Source: Cenarchaeum sp. (GTDB lineage Archaea; Thermoproteota; Nitrososphaeria; Nitrososphaerales; Nitrosopumilaceae). Taken from it: 64,000 nucleotides of DNA. The stretch is taken from positions 1,216,001-1,280,000 of the forward strand of contig OY843584.1 in assembly GCA_963692915.1 (NCBI GenBank). The letters are read 5' to 3'. The notes below the pieces were generated by a model that saw nothing but the letters and a program-made list of their open reading frames with translations, was not told where the DNA came from and made no database searches. The position numbers were made by a program, and so were the translations under genes. Each line of letters starts with the position of its first letter. Position 1 is the stretch's first letter. This document shows positions 8,594 through 16,961 of this stretch, piece by piece.

Positions 8594-10474
8594 TTATTTT
8601 GATTGTTCGACAGCGGACGCTATGAGTCGTCTTAGCGCAGAGCTTACGCGCTCGCCGGCAACCCTTCCGCGCAGCCGTTCCATCGCGCGACCCATGAGCA
8701 AGCCTGTCGCGCGCTCGCGCTGTTCGGCTATGGCATCGGCATTCTCGGCGATGATCTCGCCGAGTATTTCGTCGAGTTCCGAGTCGCCGATGGTGTGCGC
8801 AGTTGCGCACTCTGCTGCAGTAGACGCCCTTCCCGACATTATCTCCTCGAATATCATCTCGATCGACTCCTTTGCGACCTCGCCTCGCGAGAGCATCGCA
8901 AACGCGGCATCAACCTCACCGTCTGGAAGCGGCGAGTCTAGTCCACGGCGCCGCAGTGCCGTTATGGTCGAGACTAGTGCCGATGCTGCAAAGTTTGCCT
9001 CGATCGACGGGTATGACACTATGCGCTCAAAGATCCCAAGACGTTCAGAGTCCATGAGCTGCTCGGCAAGCTGCGCGTTGAGTGAGTGTCGTTTCTGGAG
9101 CTCGGCGAGCGCGTCATCCCATGGCTGCGGGACTGACGCGTGTGCGGCGTTGAGCTCATCGCGCGATATTCGTAGTGGCGGTACGTCAGTCTCCGGATAC
9201 ATCCTTGCCGCACCAGGCCGCGGCCGGAGGTAGGTAGTCTTGCCATCTGGTGTCGCCATGCGCGTCTCGGCCGGTGCGCCATGTCGTGCGGCGTTTAGGC
9301 GCTCACGCAGCGCGCGCGCCGCATGCTCTGCTACGGCCGGCTCTACGGCAACCATGACAAACGCGTCACCCTCCCCGAGCCCAAGGAACTTGCGTATCTC
9401 GCCGACCTCCTCAGCAGATATGCCATGGGCGGGCAGCTCGTCAGAATGAAAGACGCCGCGCGCGCCCAGTGGCTTTACGGCGCCGGCGAGCTCGCGGCCT
9501 AGGCGAAATCCAGGGCGCGGCTCGAGGGATATCATGCCGGCCAGACCGCGCGCCCTTATGCAGACGACAGACTCTCCGCGCGCGAATGCCTTTTTGAGAA
9601 TCTCCGAGGCGGTGTGAGCCAGGATGCGCGTGACGTCAAACGTGTCGTCTTTTCCAATCTCGGTCATGTCGCGAACCTCCTGCCTTGCGGCAAGCTCGGC
9701 GAGTGCGGCGTGCCTCTGGGCCTCGTATGCCACGACACGTTCGAGCTGGTCAAGCTGCTGCACGCCCTTTACCTCGACTACAGCCCCGCCGTCAAGGGAG
9801 ACGTTGACATCCTGGCGTATGGAGCCCAGGCCGCGCCTGACGCGGCGCGTCGAGCGCAGGAGGCGACCTAGCGCAAGGGCGACTGCACGCGCGCCGGCAC
9901 CATCAGTGGCCACCGGCGCAAGCGCAATCTCGACGAGCGGGACGCCGAGGCGATCAAGGCTGTATGTCCCCTTTTGGCGCTCCCCCTCCAGCTTGCGGGC
10001 CGCATCCTCCTCGAGGCAGATCGACTGGACGCCAACGCTCATTCCCGCAACGTCTATTGTGCCACCGGCTGAGACCATCATCGTTCGCTGGAATCCGGAC
10101 GTGTTTGAGCCATCGATGACCATCTTGCGCATCGGGAGCAGCTCGGCGAAGGGAGTCGAGTCGAGTGCGGCAGCAACGGTAAGCGCGATCGACTTGGCGT
10201 CAGGATCCAAGCCCCGCGGCGGCATCTCGTCGCGCTCGAGCGCACAGCTGCTCGCCGGACTCGCGCGGTACGTGAACTCTTGGGCGCGCGCACCCTCAAA
10301 GACTGCGGCGCGGTCATACGTGCCAGTCTCGCTTGCCGCAGCCCTAAGCCTTCGCGTAAACTCGATGGCACCGTCATCGGACTCGACTGGCGCACATGAG
10401 CAGAAGAGCTTGCGCCCTGTGTCGAGCTGCTGGTGAACCTCGAGGCCGACGAGGAGCCCGCGCGGGGCGCTCAT
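8594..10474 (-). CDS. gatE: Glu-tRNA(Gln) amidotransferase subunit E
   Basis: VGLEVHQQLDTGRKLFC, DGSNTSGFQRT, LRPRPGAARMYPETD. Confidence 0.97.
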   Translation of the reverse strand: MSAPRGLLVGLEVHQQLDTGRKLFCSCAPVESDDGAIEFTRRLRAAASETGTYDRAAVFEGARAQEFTYRASPASSCALERDEMPPRGLDPDAKSIALTVAAALDSTPFAELLPMRKMVIDGSNTSGFQRTMMVSAGGTIDVAGMSVGVQSICLEEDAARKLEGERQKGTYSLDRLGVPLVEIALAPVATDGAGARAVALALGRLLRSTRRVRRGLGSIRQDVNVSLDGGAVVEVKGVQQLDQLERVVAYEAQRHAALAELAARQEVRDMTEIGKDDTFDVTRILAHTASEILKKAFARGESVVCIRARGLAGMISLEPRPGFRLGRELAGAVKPLGARGVFHSDELPAHGISAEEVGEIRKFLGLGEGDAFVMVAVEPAVAEHAARALRERLNAARHGAPAETRMATPDGKTTYLRPRPGAARMYPETDVPPLRISRDELNAAHASVPQPWDDALAELQKRHSLNAQLAEQLMDSERLGIFERIVSYPSIEANFAASALVSTITALRRRGLDSPLPDGEVDAAFAMLSRGEVAKESIEMIFEEIMSGRASTAAECATAHTIGDSELDEILGEIIAENADAIAEQRERATGLLMGRAMERLRGRVAGERVSSALRRLIASAVEQSK

Positions 10475-11772
10475 GGCGAGAACTCCGATGAGATGCGCTC
10501 TAGCATGAGCGCCGTGACGTCCTCACGCGCCTCATGCTGTGAGAGCGCCCACATCGCCTTGACTAGTGCGGTCTCGGAGAGCATGTCGCGCAGTGGGACG
10601 ACTCCGAGCTTTTGAAGCTCGCGGCCCGACTCGTAGACGTTCATGTTCACCTCGCCGTCGCCGCACTGTGAGCACATTGCGACAAGGACGCCGCGCTCGA
10701 CTGCGCGCGATATGGCCTCGTGGAGTGTCCTGCCGACGTGGCCCAGTCCTGTTCCCTCTAGGATGACTGCGCGGCAGCCGCGCTCAACTAGCGTGTCTAG
10801 AGTTGCAGCATCCATGCCCGGATGGCACTTTAGCAGCGCGGCACGTGCGTCAACGCCGATTCGCGGGGTCGCATCATCGCTGGCCGCATATGCGCCCTGT
10901 GCGCCGCGCTCGATGCCCTCGCGCGTGACCGTAAATGCCGGCTTGCCGCCGACGGTCTCAAAGGCGCCGCGCGCGCTCGTGTGGCACTTGCGCACGCGCG
11001 TGGCCACGTGGCACGAGACGCGTCCGTCTGAGACCCCCTCGTGCATGACTACGAGGACTCCGGGTCCGGGCTTTGAGGCGATGAGGCGCGCAGCCGCAAT
11101 GAGGTTCTCGGCAGCATCCGAGGACGGCCTGTCTGATGACCTCTGTGACCCGACGAGGGCGACTGGAGTGCGCATGCCCGCGAGCGCAAATGAGAGGTAT
11201 GAGGCCGTGTGCTGCATCGTGTCCGTGCCGTGCGCGACGATGATGCCGTCATAGTCTCCGGCCGCATCGTGGATCTCGGTTGCGATCTGCACCCACATGT
11301 CCGGCTCGATGTTCTCGGACTGCTCGGACATTACGATGCGCGGCTCGATCTCGGCGAGGGCGCCAAGCTCGGGGACTGATGCGGCCAGGCCGGCCGCATC
11401 GAGGGCTGGCGTGACAGCACCGGTGACATAGTCTATCCTGCTTGCGATCGTGCCACCAGTCGAGAGCAATAGTATGCGCGGGAGTGCAGCCCCCCCACCG
11501 CTGCGTGTGCGGGCCGGTGTGGCGCTCGCATGGGCCACAGTGCCATTCTCGCCCTTTTTTACGAGCGTCGCGTCCCCCAGCCTCGAGGCCTCTACTGCAA
11601 CATTGTAGCCGCTTGGAACCTTTAGAACCACAATTCCGTCATCGCCGCCCTCATAGCGCGGCATTATGCGACCAGTGATGCCGTCGGCGCGTATCGTGTC
11701 GCCCACGCCGACCCCCACGGACTCGAGGAACGCAAGTGCCGTCTTGCCGTATCCGCCGGTGCCGTCCATCAC
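10471..11772 (-). CDS. gatD: Glu-tRNA(Gln) amidotransferase subunit D
   Basis: [31 protein letters not shown]; adjacent to gatE. Confidence 0.97.
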   Translation of the reverse strand: MMDGTGGYGKTALAFLESVGVGVGDTIRADGITGRIMPRYEGGDDGIVVLKVPSGYNVAVEASRLGDATLVKKGENGTVAHASATPARTRSGGGAALPRILLLSTGGTIASRIDYVTGAVTPALDAAGLAASVPELGALAEIEPRIVMSEQSENIEPDMWVQIATEIHDAAGDYDGIIVAHGTDTMQHTASYLSFALAGMRTPVALVGSQRSSDRPSSDAAENLIAAARLIASKPGPGVLVVMHEGVSDGRVSCHVATRVRKCHTSARGAFETVGGKPAFTVTREGIERGAQGAYAASDDATPRIGVDARAALLKCHPGMDAATLDTLVERGCRAVILEGTGLGHVGRTLHEAISRAVERGVLVAMCSQCGDGEVNMNVYESGRELQKLGVVPLRDMLSETALVKAMWALSQHEAREDVTALMLERISSEFSP

Positions 11773-12107
11773 GCGCGCGCGTCCCCCAGCGTGTTATGAA
11801 AGCACGTGTCCTCGCCGGTATGGCATGCCGGTCCGGTCGGCTCGACCCTGTACACTAGTGCGTCTGCGTCACAGTCGACGAGTATCTCGGTGACCTTTTG
11901 GACGTTGCCAGACTCTTCGCCCTTCATCCATAGCTTTGAGCGTGACCTGCTGTAAAACCACGACCTCGACGTCTCCTGCGTGCGCCGCAGGGCCTCGGCG
12001 TTGGCATAGGCCAGCGTGAGAACCCTGCCGCTAGAGGCGTCCTGCACGATTACAGGGACGAGTCCGCCGCCCTTCTCAAAGTCGATCTCGGCTGCGCTGC
12101 GCTCCAT
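11769..12107 (-). CDS. hisI: Phosphoribosyl-AMP cyclohydrolase
   Basis: [31 protein letters not shown]. Confidence 0.97.
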   Translation of the reverse strand: MERSAAEIDFEKGGGLVPVIVQDASSGRVLTLAYANAEALRRTQETSRSWFYSRSRSKLWMKGEESGNVQKVTEILVDCDADALVYRVEPTGPACHTGEDTCFHNTLGDARA

Positions 12108-12132
12108 GCGCCCGCCCCATGGCGCATTCGGC

Positions 12133-12927
12133 TTATAACCTTACAGGGATGCCGTGCGCGCGCAGCTCGCGCTTTACGGCCTCGACTCCCCTACCCTCAT
12201 AGTGGAATATTGATGCTGCCAGGGCTGCATCGGCGTGAGCGAGGACATCGGCCATGTGAGCCGCGCTGCCGCATCCGCCTGACGCTATGACCGGAACGCC
12301 TACTGCGCGCGAGACGCGGCCGGTGAGCTCGAGGTCATAACCCTTGCCGGTTCCGTCGCGATCCACGCTCGTGAGGAGTATCTCGCCGGCCCCGAGCTCA
12401 GCTGCGCGACGTGCCCACTCGATGGCATCGATGCCCGTCTGGCGCTTTCCGCCGTATGTGCGAACCTCAAACCACGATCCCGCATCAGGCTCGGCGCCGT
12501 CTGGCGCGGCGGCCATGTCATCGTTGCGCCTTGCGTCTATGGCCACGACGACACACTGGCGCCCAAAGAGGTCGGCCATGCGAGCCACGAGGTCGGGATC
12601 TTCGACTGCGCGCGTGTTGACGCCGACCTTGTCAGCGCCATGAAGGAGTATGTCGCGCGCGTCCTCGACTGAGGAGACGCCGCCGCCGACGGTGAACGGG
12701 ATGTCTATTCCGGCCGCGACGCGCGAGACGAGATCCACGACGGCGGCTCTGCGCTCCTGAGAGGCCGTGATGTCCAGAAAGACGAGCTCGTCTGCTCCGC
12801 CGGCGCTGTACGAGGAGGCAAGTTTCACAGGGTCGCCGGCGTCACGGATCGACTCGAACTGCGTTCCCTTTACGACGCGGCCGCCCTTGACGTCAAGGCA
12901 CGGTATGACACGCCGCGTCAGCGGCAT
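12133..12927 (-). CDS. hisF: Imidazole glycerol phosphate synthase cyclase subunit
   Basis: [34 protein letters not shown]. Confidence 0.97.
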   Translation of the reverse strand: MPLTRRVIPCLDVKGGRVVKGTQFESIRDAGDPVKLASSYSAGGADELVFLDITASQERRAAVVDLVSRVAAGIDIPFTVGGGVSSVEDARDILLHGADKVGVNTRAVEDPDLVARMADLFGRQCVVVAIDARRNDDMAAAPDGAEPDAGSWFEVRTYGGKRQTGIDAIEWARRAAELGAGEILLTSVDRDGTGKGYDLELTGRVSRAVGVPVIASGGCGSAAHMADVLAHADAALAASIFHYEGRGVEAVKRELRAHGIPVRL

Positions 12928-13637
12928 GCGGCCTCCTTGGCCTCGCGAACGCCGAGCTGCTCGTCATATATCGCGCGCCCGAGTATGACGCCGTGCGCGC
13001 CGCGCTCGCGAACCGAGACGACATCAGCTGCGCTTGCGATCCCTCCGCTGGCGATAACATGCGCGTTGCGCGAGCACGCATCGGCCAGGAGGTTTAGCTC
13101 CGGACCGGCCATCATGCCATCACGATCCACGTCAGTCACCATAAACTCAGTCAGCCCGTCGGCCATGAGTGAGTCCATGGCGTCAGTCACCGAGGCACCA
13201 GCACTCGCGGTCCAGCCGCGCATGAGGACGCGTCCTGCCCTGTGGTCAAGTGACACGACGACGCGCGAGGGGCCCAGCGTGTCGCGCAGCCAGAGGAGCG
13301 CGTCGCGGTCGGCAAGGGCCATAGTCCCGAGCACTATGCGGTTGCGCGTGCCGGCCGCTGCTATTGCCGCGTTAATGTCACGCAGGCCGCCGGCGACCTC
13401 TACGGGGACGCGCGACTCGGAGGCCAGGCGCGCTATGGCCTCGGCGTTTGACCCGCGGCCAAGCGTTGCGTCAAGGTCGACTATGTGGATCATGTCAGCG
13501 CCCTCAGAGGCCCACCGTCGCGAGAACTCGGCCGGATCATCCCCGTATATCGTGCTCTGCTCAGGGTCGCCCTTGCGCAGACGCACGACTGCGCCGCCCA
13601 TGATGTCTATTGCCGGTATCACGATCAGCGCCGGCAC
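12918..13637 (-). CDS. hisA: ProFAR isomerase
   Basis: [35 protein letters not shown]. Confidence 0.95.
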   Translation of the reverse strand: MPALIVIPAIDIMGGAVVRLRKGDPEQSTIYGDDPAEFSRRWASEGADMIHIVDLDATLGRGSNAEAIARLASESRVPVEVAGGLRDINAAIAAAGTRNRIVLGTMALADRDALLWLRDTLGPSRVVVSLDHRAGRVLMRGWTASAGASVTDAMDSLMADGLTEFMVTDVDRDGMMAGPELNLLADACSRNAHVIASGGIASAADVVSVRERGAHGVILGRAIYDEQLGVREAKEAACR

Positions 13638-14224
13638 GCCCCCACAAAGTTTGCGATCATCGTGCGGCCGGCAGCGCCTGACTTTTCGGGGTGAAACTGC
13701 GTGCCCACATAGCTGCCGCTCTGCACGATCGCCGGTATCCGCGCGCCATAGTCAGCCTCGGCTGCTATGACCGAGGCGTCAGTGGGGCGAGCCATGTACG
13801 AGTGGACAAAGTAGGCCCACGTGCCCTCAGGCACGCCGGCGGTGAGCATCGAGTCGGCCCCGAGCTCGAGGCTGTTCCAGCCCATGTGCGGAACCTTTAG
13901 ATCCGTCGGGAGCCTAATGACGTCACCGGCGATGATGCCCAAGCCCGCGAGGCTGCCCTCCTCGCTGCGCTCAAAGAACATCTCCATGCCGAGGCATATG
14001 CCGAGAACCGGCACGCCGGCGGCCCACTCGCCGAGGGTGGCCGAGTCGATCGTGCGCATTGCGGGATCAAAGCTGCCCACGCCGGGCAGGACGATCCCGT
14101 CATGCGTTCCCCGCGACGCCGGTTCTGTGACCGTGTCTACCGTCGCGCCGGCGCGCTCTAGGGCGTTGCGTATGCTAAAGAGGTTGCCAGCCCCATAGTC
14201 AAGAACCGCAATGGCCATGGTCAC
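13625..14224 (-). CDS. hisH: Imidazole glycerol phosphate synthase glutaminase subunit
   Basis: DYGAGNL, GICLGM, VPHMGWN, YFVHSY, QFHPEKS. Confidence 0.97.
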   Translation of the reverse strand: MTMAIAVLDYGAGNLFSIRNALERAGATVDTVTEPASRGTHDGIVLPGVGSFDPAMRTIDSATLGEWAAGVPVLGICLGMEMFFERSEEGSLAGLGIIAGDVIRLPTDLKVPHMGWNSLELGADSMLTAGVPEGTWAYFVHSYMARPTDASVIAAEADYGARIPAIVQSGSYVGTQFHPEKSGAAGRTMIANFVGACRR

Positions 14225-14814
14225 ATCGTGCCCTTTGAGCTTGGCGGCCCGTCGCGCCGCGCGTCTGGCGTGGCAGCCTGGCGGAACGAGAGCGCAAGTG
14301 ACTTTATGGCCGCCTCGGCCATATGGTGCTCGTTTGTGCCGCGCAGAACGTCAACGTGCGCGCAGCACGCCATGGCCTTTAGCAGTGAGCTGAAAAAGTG
14401 CTCAAGGTCCTCGCGCGGCATTCCCTCGACGCGCTCTCCGGTGACTTTGAGCGAGACGTGCGAGTGCTGCCTGCGCACAAGGTCGACAGACGCGCGTGCG
14501 AGCGACTCGTCCATGGGCGCTGTCACCGAACCAAACCTGACTATGGAGTGGCGCTCACCTAGAGCCTCATCGAGGGCCTCGCCGAGGGCGATTGCGGCGT
14601 CCTCGGTCAGGTGGTGCGCAATGCTGTCGCGCGAGGTCGCGCGCATTGTGACGTCCACCATCGAGTGTTTTGCGAACGAGGCGACTAGGTGGTCAAGGAA
14701 TGCGTCCCCCGTCTCGACTTTCGAGTCGCCCCTGCCGTCAATGTTGACGCTGACAGTTATGTCTGTCTCGGAGGTCTTGCGGTTCCTGCTTGCCTCCCTT
14801 GACCCTGTTCCCAT
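14221..14814 (-). CDS. hisB: Imidazoleglycerol-phosphate dehydratase
   Basis: RKTSETDI, HHLTEDAAI, PMDESLA, NEHHMAEA, PSSKG. Confidence 0.96.
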   Translation of the reverse strand: MGTGSREASRNRKTSETDITVSVNIDGRGDSKVETGDAFLDHLVASFAKHSMVDVTMRATSRDSIAHHLTEDAAIALGEALDEALGERHSIVRFGSVTAPMDESLARASVDLVRRQHSHVSLKVTGERVEGMPREDLEHFFSSLLKAMACCAHVDVLRGTNEHHMAEAAIKSLALSFRQAATPDARRDGPPSSKGTM

Positions 14815-15019
14815 GGATGCCGGTCGCAGGTGCCTAGCGATTTAAAATGTTCGAAATGTGCGCGCGTACAGGCACGGCGTGTCCTTACGCATTGAGGGGC
14901 GAGTATGAGGCGCTCGGCGTGCTGGCCATGGCCGCCTCCGCGTCAGGTAAAAATATGGCGCCGCGGGTCAGCGTGCCCGTGCCAGGGGCATTCGGATCGC
15001 AGACCGGCGTGTGGTGCGT

Positions 15020-15148
15020 ATGAGCGCAACAGAGCCCGTCACGTGCCCGCGCTGCTCAGAGACTATGAACAGAATGCAGGCCTGCCACCTAGTCTGCCCC
15101 AACTGTGGCGCACACCTTGACTGTTCGGACAAGGGAAGCTTTTGGTGA
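15020..15148 (+). CDS. 42-aa CPxC/CPxCG zinc-finger microprotein (not in ORF track)
   Basis: Manual translation MSATEPVTCPRCSETMNRMQACHLVCPNCGAHLDCSDKGSFW. Confidence 0.75.
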   Translation: MSATEPVTCPRCSETMNRMQACHLVCPNCGAHLDCSDKGSFW

Positions 15149-15171
15149 CAGTGCGGCGCAGACCGGCCCGC

Positions 15172-15345
15172 TCATATGCCGGGCCTGTCAGGGACATAGT
15201 CTGAGGACATCTCTTGCGCGCGGCCCTTCATCGACTCGATATACTCGTCATATCCGGACTCGTACCCGCATGCGCACTTTATGCGCGTGGCGTTCTCGTC
15301 AAGCTCGGCGTCACGGTCGCACTCGGGACAGCGTGCCCTGATCAT
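15172..15345 (-). CDS. 57-aa Zn-ribbon protein (not in ORF track)
   Basis: Manual translation MIRARCPECDRDAELDENATRIKCACGYESGYDEYIESMKGRAQEMSSDYVPDRPGI; similar to 7887-8096. Confidence 0.75.
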   Translation of the reverse strand: MIRARCPECDRDAELDENATRIKCACGYESGYDEYIESMKGRAQEMSSDYVPDRPGI

Positions 15346-15383
15346 CAGCAGTGCGCGCAGGCTCGGCCCAATATTAGCGTGTG

Positions 15384-16346
15384 CTAGAGCTCTGATATTG
15401 CCTTGCGTATGTCACGCCTGTCCGGCGCCGAGGGCACGAGGCGCAGATACTCTTCGAGATCTGCCCTAGCCCCGTCCTTGTCACCAAGCCCAATGCGCGC
15501 AATTCCGCGGTTCTTGTGTATCGGCCCAAAGCGCGTCGCGTTTATCGTAATCGCCGCAGTATAGCTGCGCTCGGCGGCCGCATTGTCACCGGCCTTTAGG
15601 TAATGGTTTCCGAGGCCGCGGTGCGCAAGGTAGCAGCGCACGTTGATCTCTAGTGCCTTTTCATAGTGCCCTATGCACTCGGCGCTGCCAGCCGCATTGA
15701 GCATGCCGCCCAAGAGCGAGTGGGCCGTAGAGTTTGACGCGTCTATCGAGATGGCGTCGCGAAGCATCGCGATGGCCTCATCGTGGCGAGACTGGAGATC
15801 CAGCCTCTCGGCCTCAAAGCACATGCGGTTGGAGCGCGCCTCCTCCTCACCGCCAAGCGAGAGTGAAGGCCCAATGTCAGGAGGCGCGATCGCGATTAGG
15901 AGCATGCCGTCCTCGCCCCACATCTCGGCAAACTGTGACTGCGGGATTGCCCCCAGCTGGAACTCGCCGCCCCCTCCGGACTCGGGGATATAGTGCAGGA
16001 TCGTCCCCTCCGAGTCGTCATATCCGGAGATGACCGAGGCGTGCTGAACAGTCTCGCGCAGGCCAGGCAGTATCACTATGGGCGGCACGCCGGCGTCTAT
16101 TGAGCGGCGCAGCGCGGCCATCGACGAGTGGTGAATCGAGCTCCAGAGGCCATGGGCCTCGGCTAGGCCGATGCCCTCGATGAGTATGCTCCCGCGCGCG
16201 CCGGCGTACCTTGTGGCGATCTTGCGCGCCTCGTCCATCGGTATCTCGACGCCCCAGTACCTGCAGACGGCGTTGACTGAGAGCGGAAGGCAGATGTTCT
16301 CCTCCTTGACCCTAGGCACCTCGAGGTCGCGCGCACTTGATGACAA
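15384..16346 (-). CDS. C39-like peptidase domain + TPR repeat protein
   Basis: N-terminal ENICLPLSVNAVCRYWG and QHASVISGYD; C-terminal TPR-like repeats (AHSLLG, AHRGLGNHY, HKNRGIA). Confidence 0.75.
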   Translation of the reverse strand: MSSSARDLEVPRVKEENICLPLSVNAVCRYWGVEIPMDEARKIATRYAGARGSILIEGIGLAEAHGLWSSIHHSSMAALRRSIDAGVPPIVILPGLRETVQHASVISGYDDSEGTILHYIPESGGGGEFQLGAIPQSQFAEMWGEDGMLLIAIAPPDIGPSLSLGGEEEARSNRMCFEAERLDLQSRHDEAIAMLRDAISIDASNSTAHSLLGGMLNAAGSAECIGHYEKALEINVRCYLAHRGLGNHYLKAGDNAAAERSYTAAITINATRFGPIHKNRGIARIGLGDKDGARADLEEYLRLVPSAPDRRDIRKAISEL

Positions 16347-16393
16347 TGGCAGGGTGCGCGCCCCGTGCGCTATTAAAACCGATCACGATGCCC

Positions 16394-16948
16394 TCACGCG
16401 CGCGCAATCTCGCGCACAAACGTGGTGAGGAGGCCGGCGCCGTCACCGGACATCTCGGGGTGAAACTGTGTCCCGTACACGGGCGCGCCCTCTACGCGCA
16501 CGACCTCAAAGGCGCACGCATCCGAGGAGGCAAGCGCTGCCATCCCGTCCGGAAGGCGCGCGATCTCGTATGCGTGGCTCTCAAATGCGGCAAGTGTGCC
16601 CGAGCAGAGCGGATTCTCGGCCATGACCCTGACGGTATGGAGGCCACGGCGCGGGGCCGCCATGCGGCGCAGGGATCCCCCGCGGCACTGTGCGAGAATC
16701 TCGGCCCCGTAGCAGATTCCCAGGAGCGGCGTGCCGGTTTGGCACGCAGCACCAATGACGCGCGCGTTGACGGCATTGGAGATGCGGCTCGGAGCCCCAC
16801 GACCCGAGAGTACAAAGGCCGAATAGCGCAAGAGGGATGCCGTGTCTATGCGCGAGGGCACAAGGCGCTCAACCTCGCAGCCAAGAGACGAGAGGTGGGC
16901 ATCTAGCGCATCCGAGTATGCCGAGCCGTTGTCGACAAGGAGGAGCAT
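16394..16948 (-). CDS. Class I glutamine amidotransferase (GMP synthase subunit A-like)
   Basis: LLVDNGS, PLLGICYGAE, ESH, YGTQFHPE. Confidence 0.85.
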   Translation of the reverse strand: MLLLVDNGSAYSDALDAHLSSLGCEVERLVPSRIDTASLLRYSAFVLSGRGAPSRISNAVNARVIGAACQTGTPLLGICYGAEILAQCRGGSLRRMAAPRRGLHTVRVMAENPLCSGTLAAFESHAYEIARLPDGMAALASSDACAFEVVRVEGAPVYGTQFHPEMSGDGAGLLTTFVREIARA

Positions 16949-16961
16949 GGCGCCCCGGAAC

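Noticed and set aside
8622-14845. Long plus-strand ORFs opposite the gat and his genes
   Set aside because: Antisense shadows typical of high-GC coding DNA; no motifs
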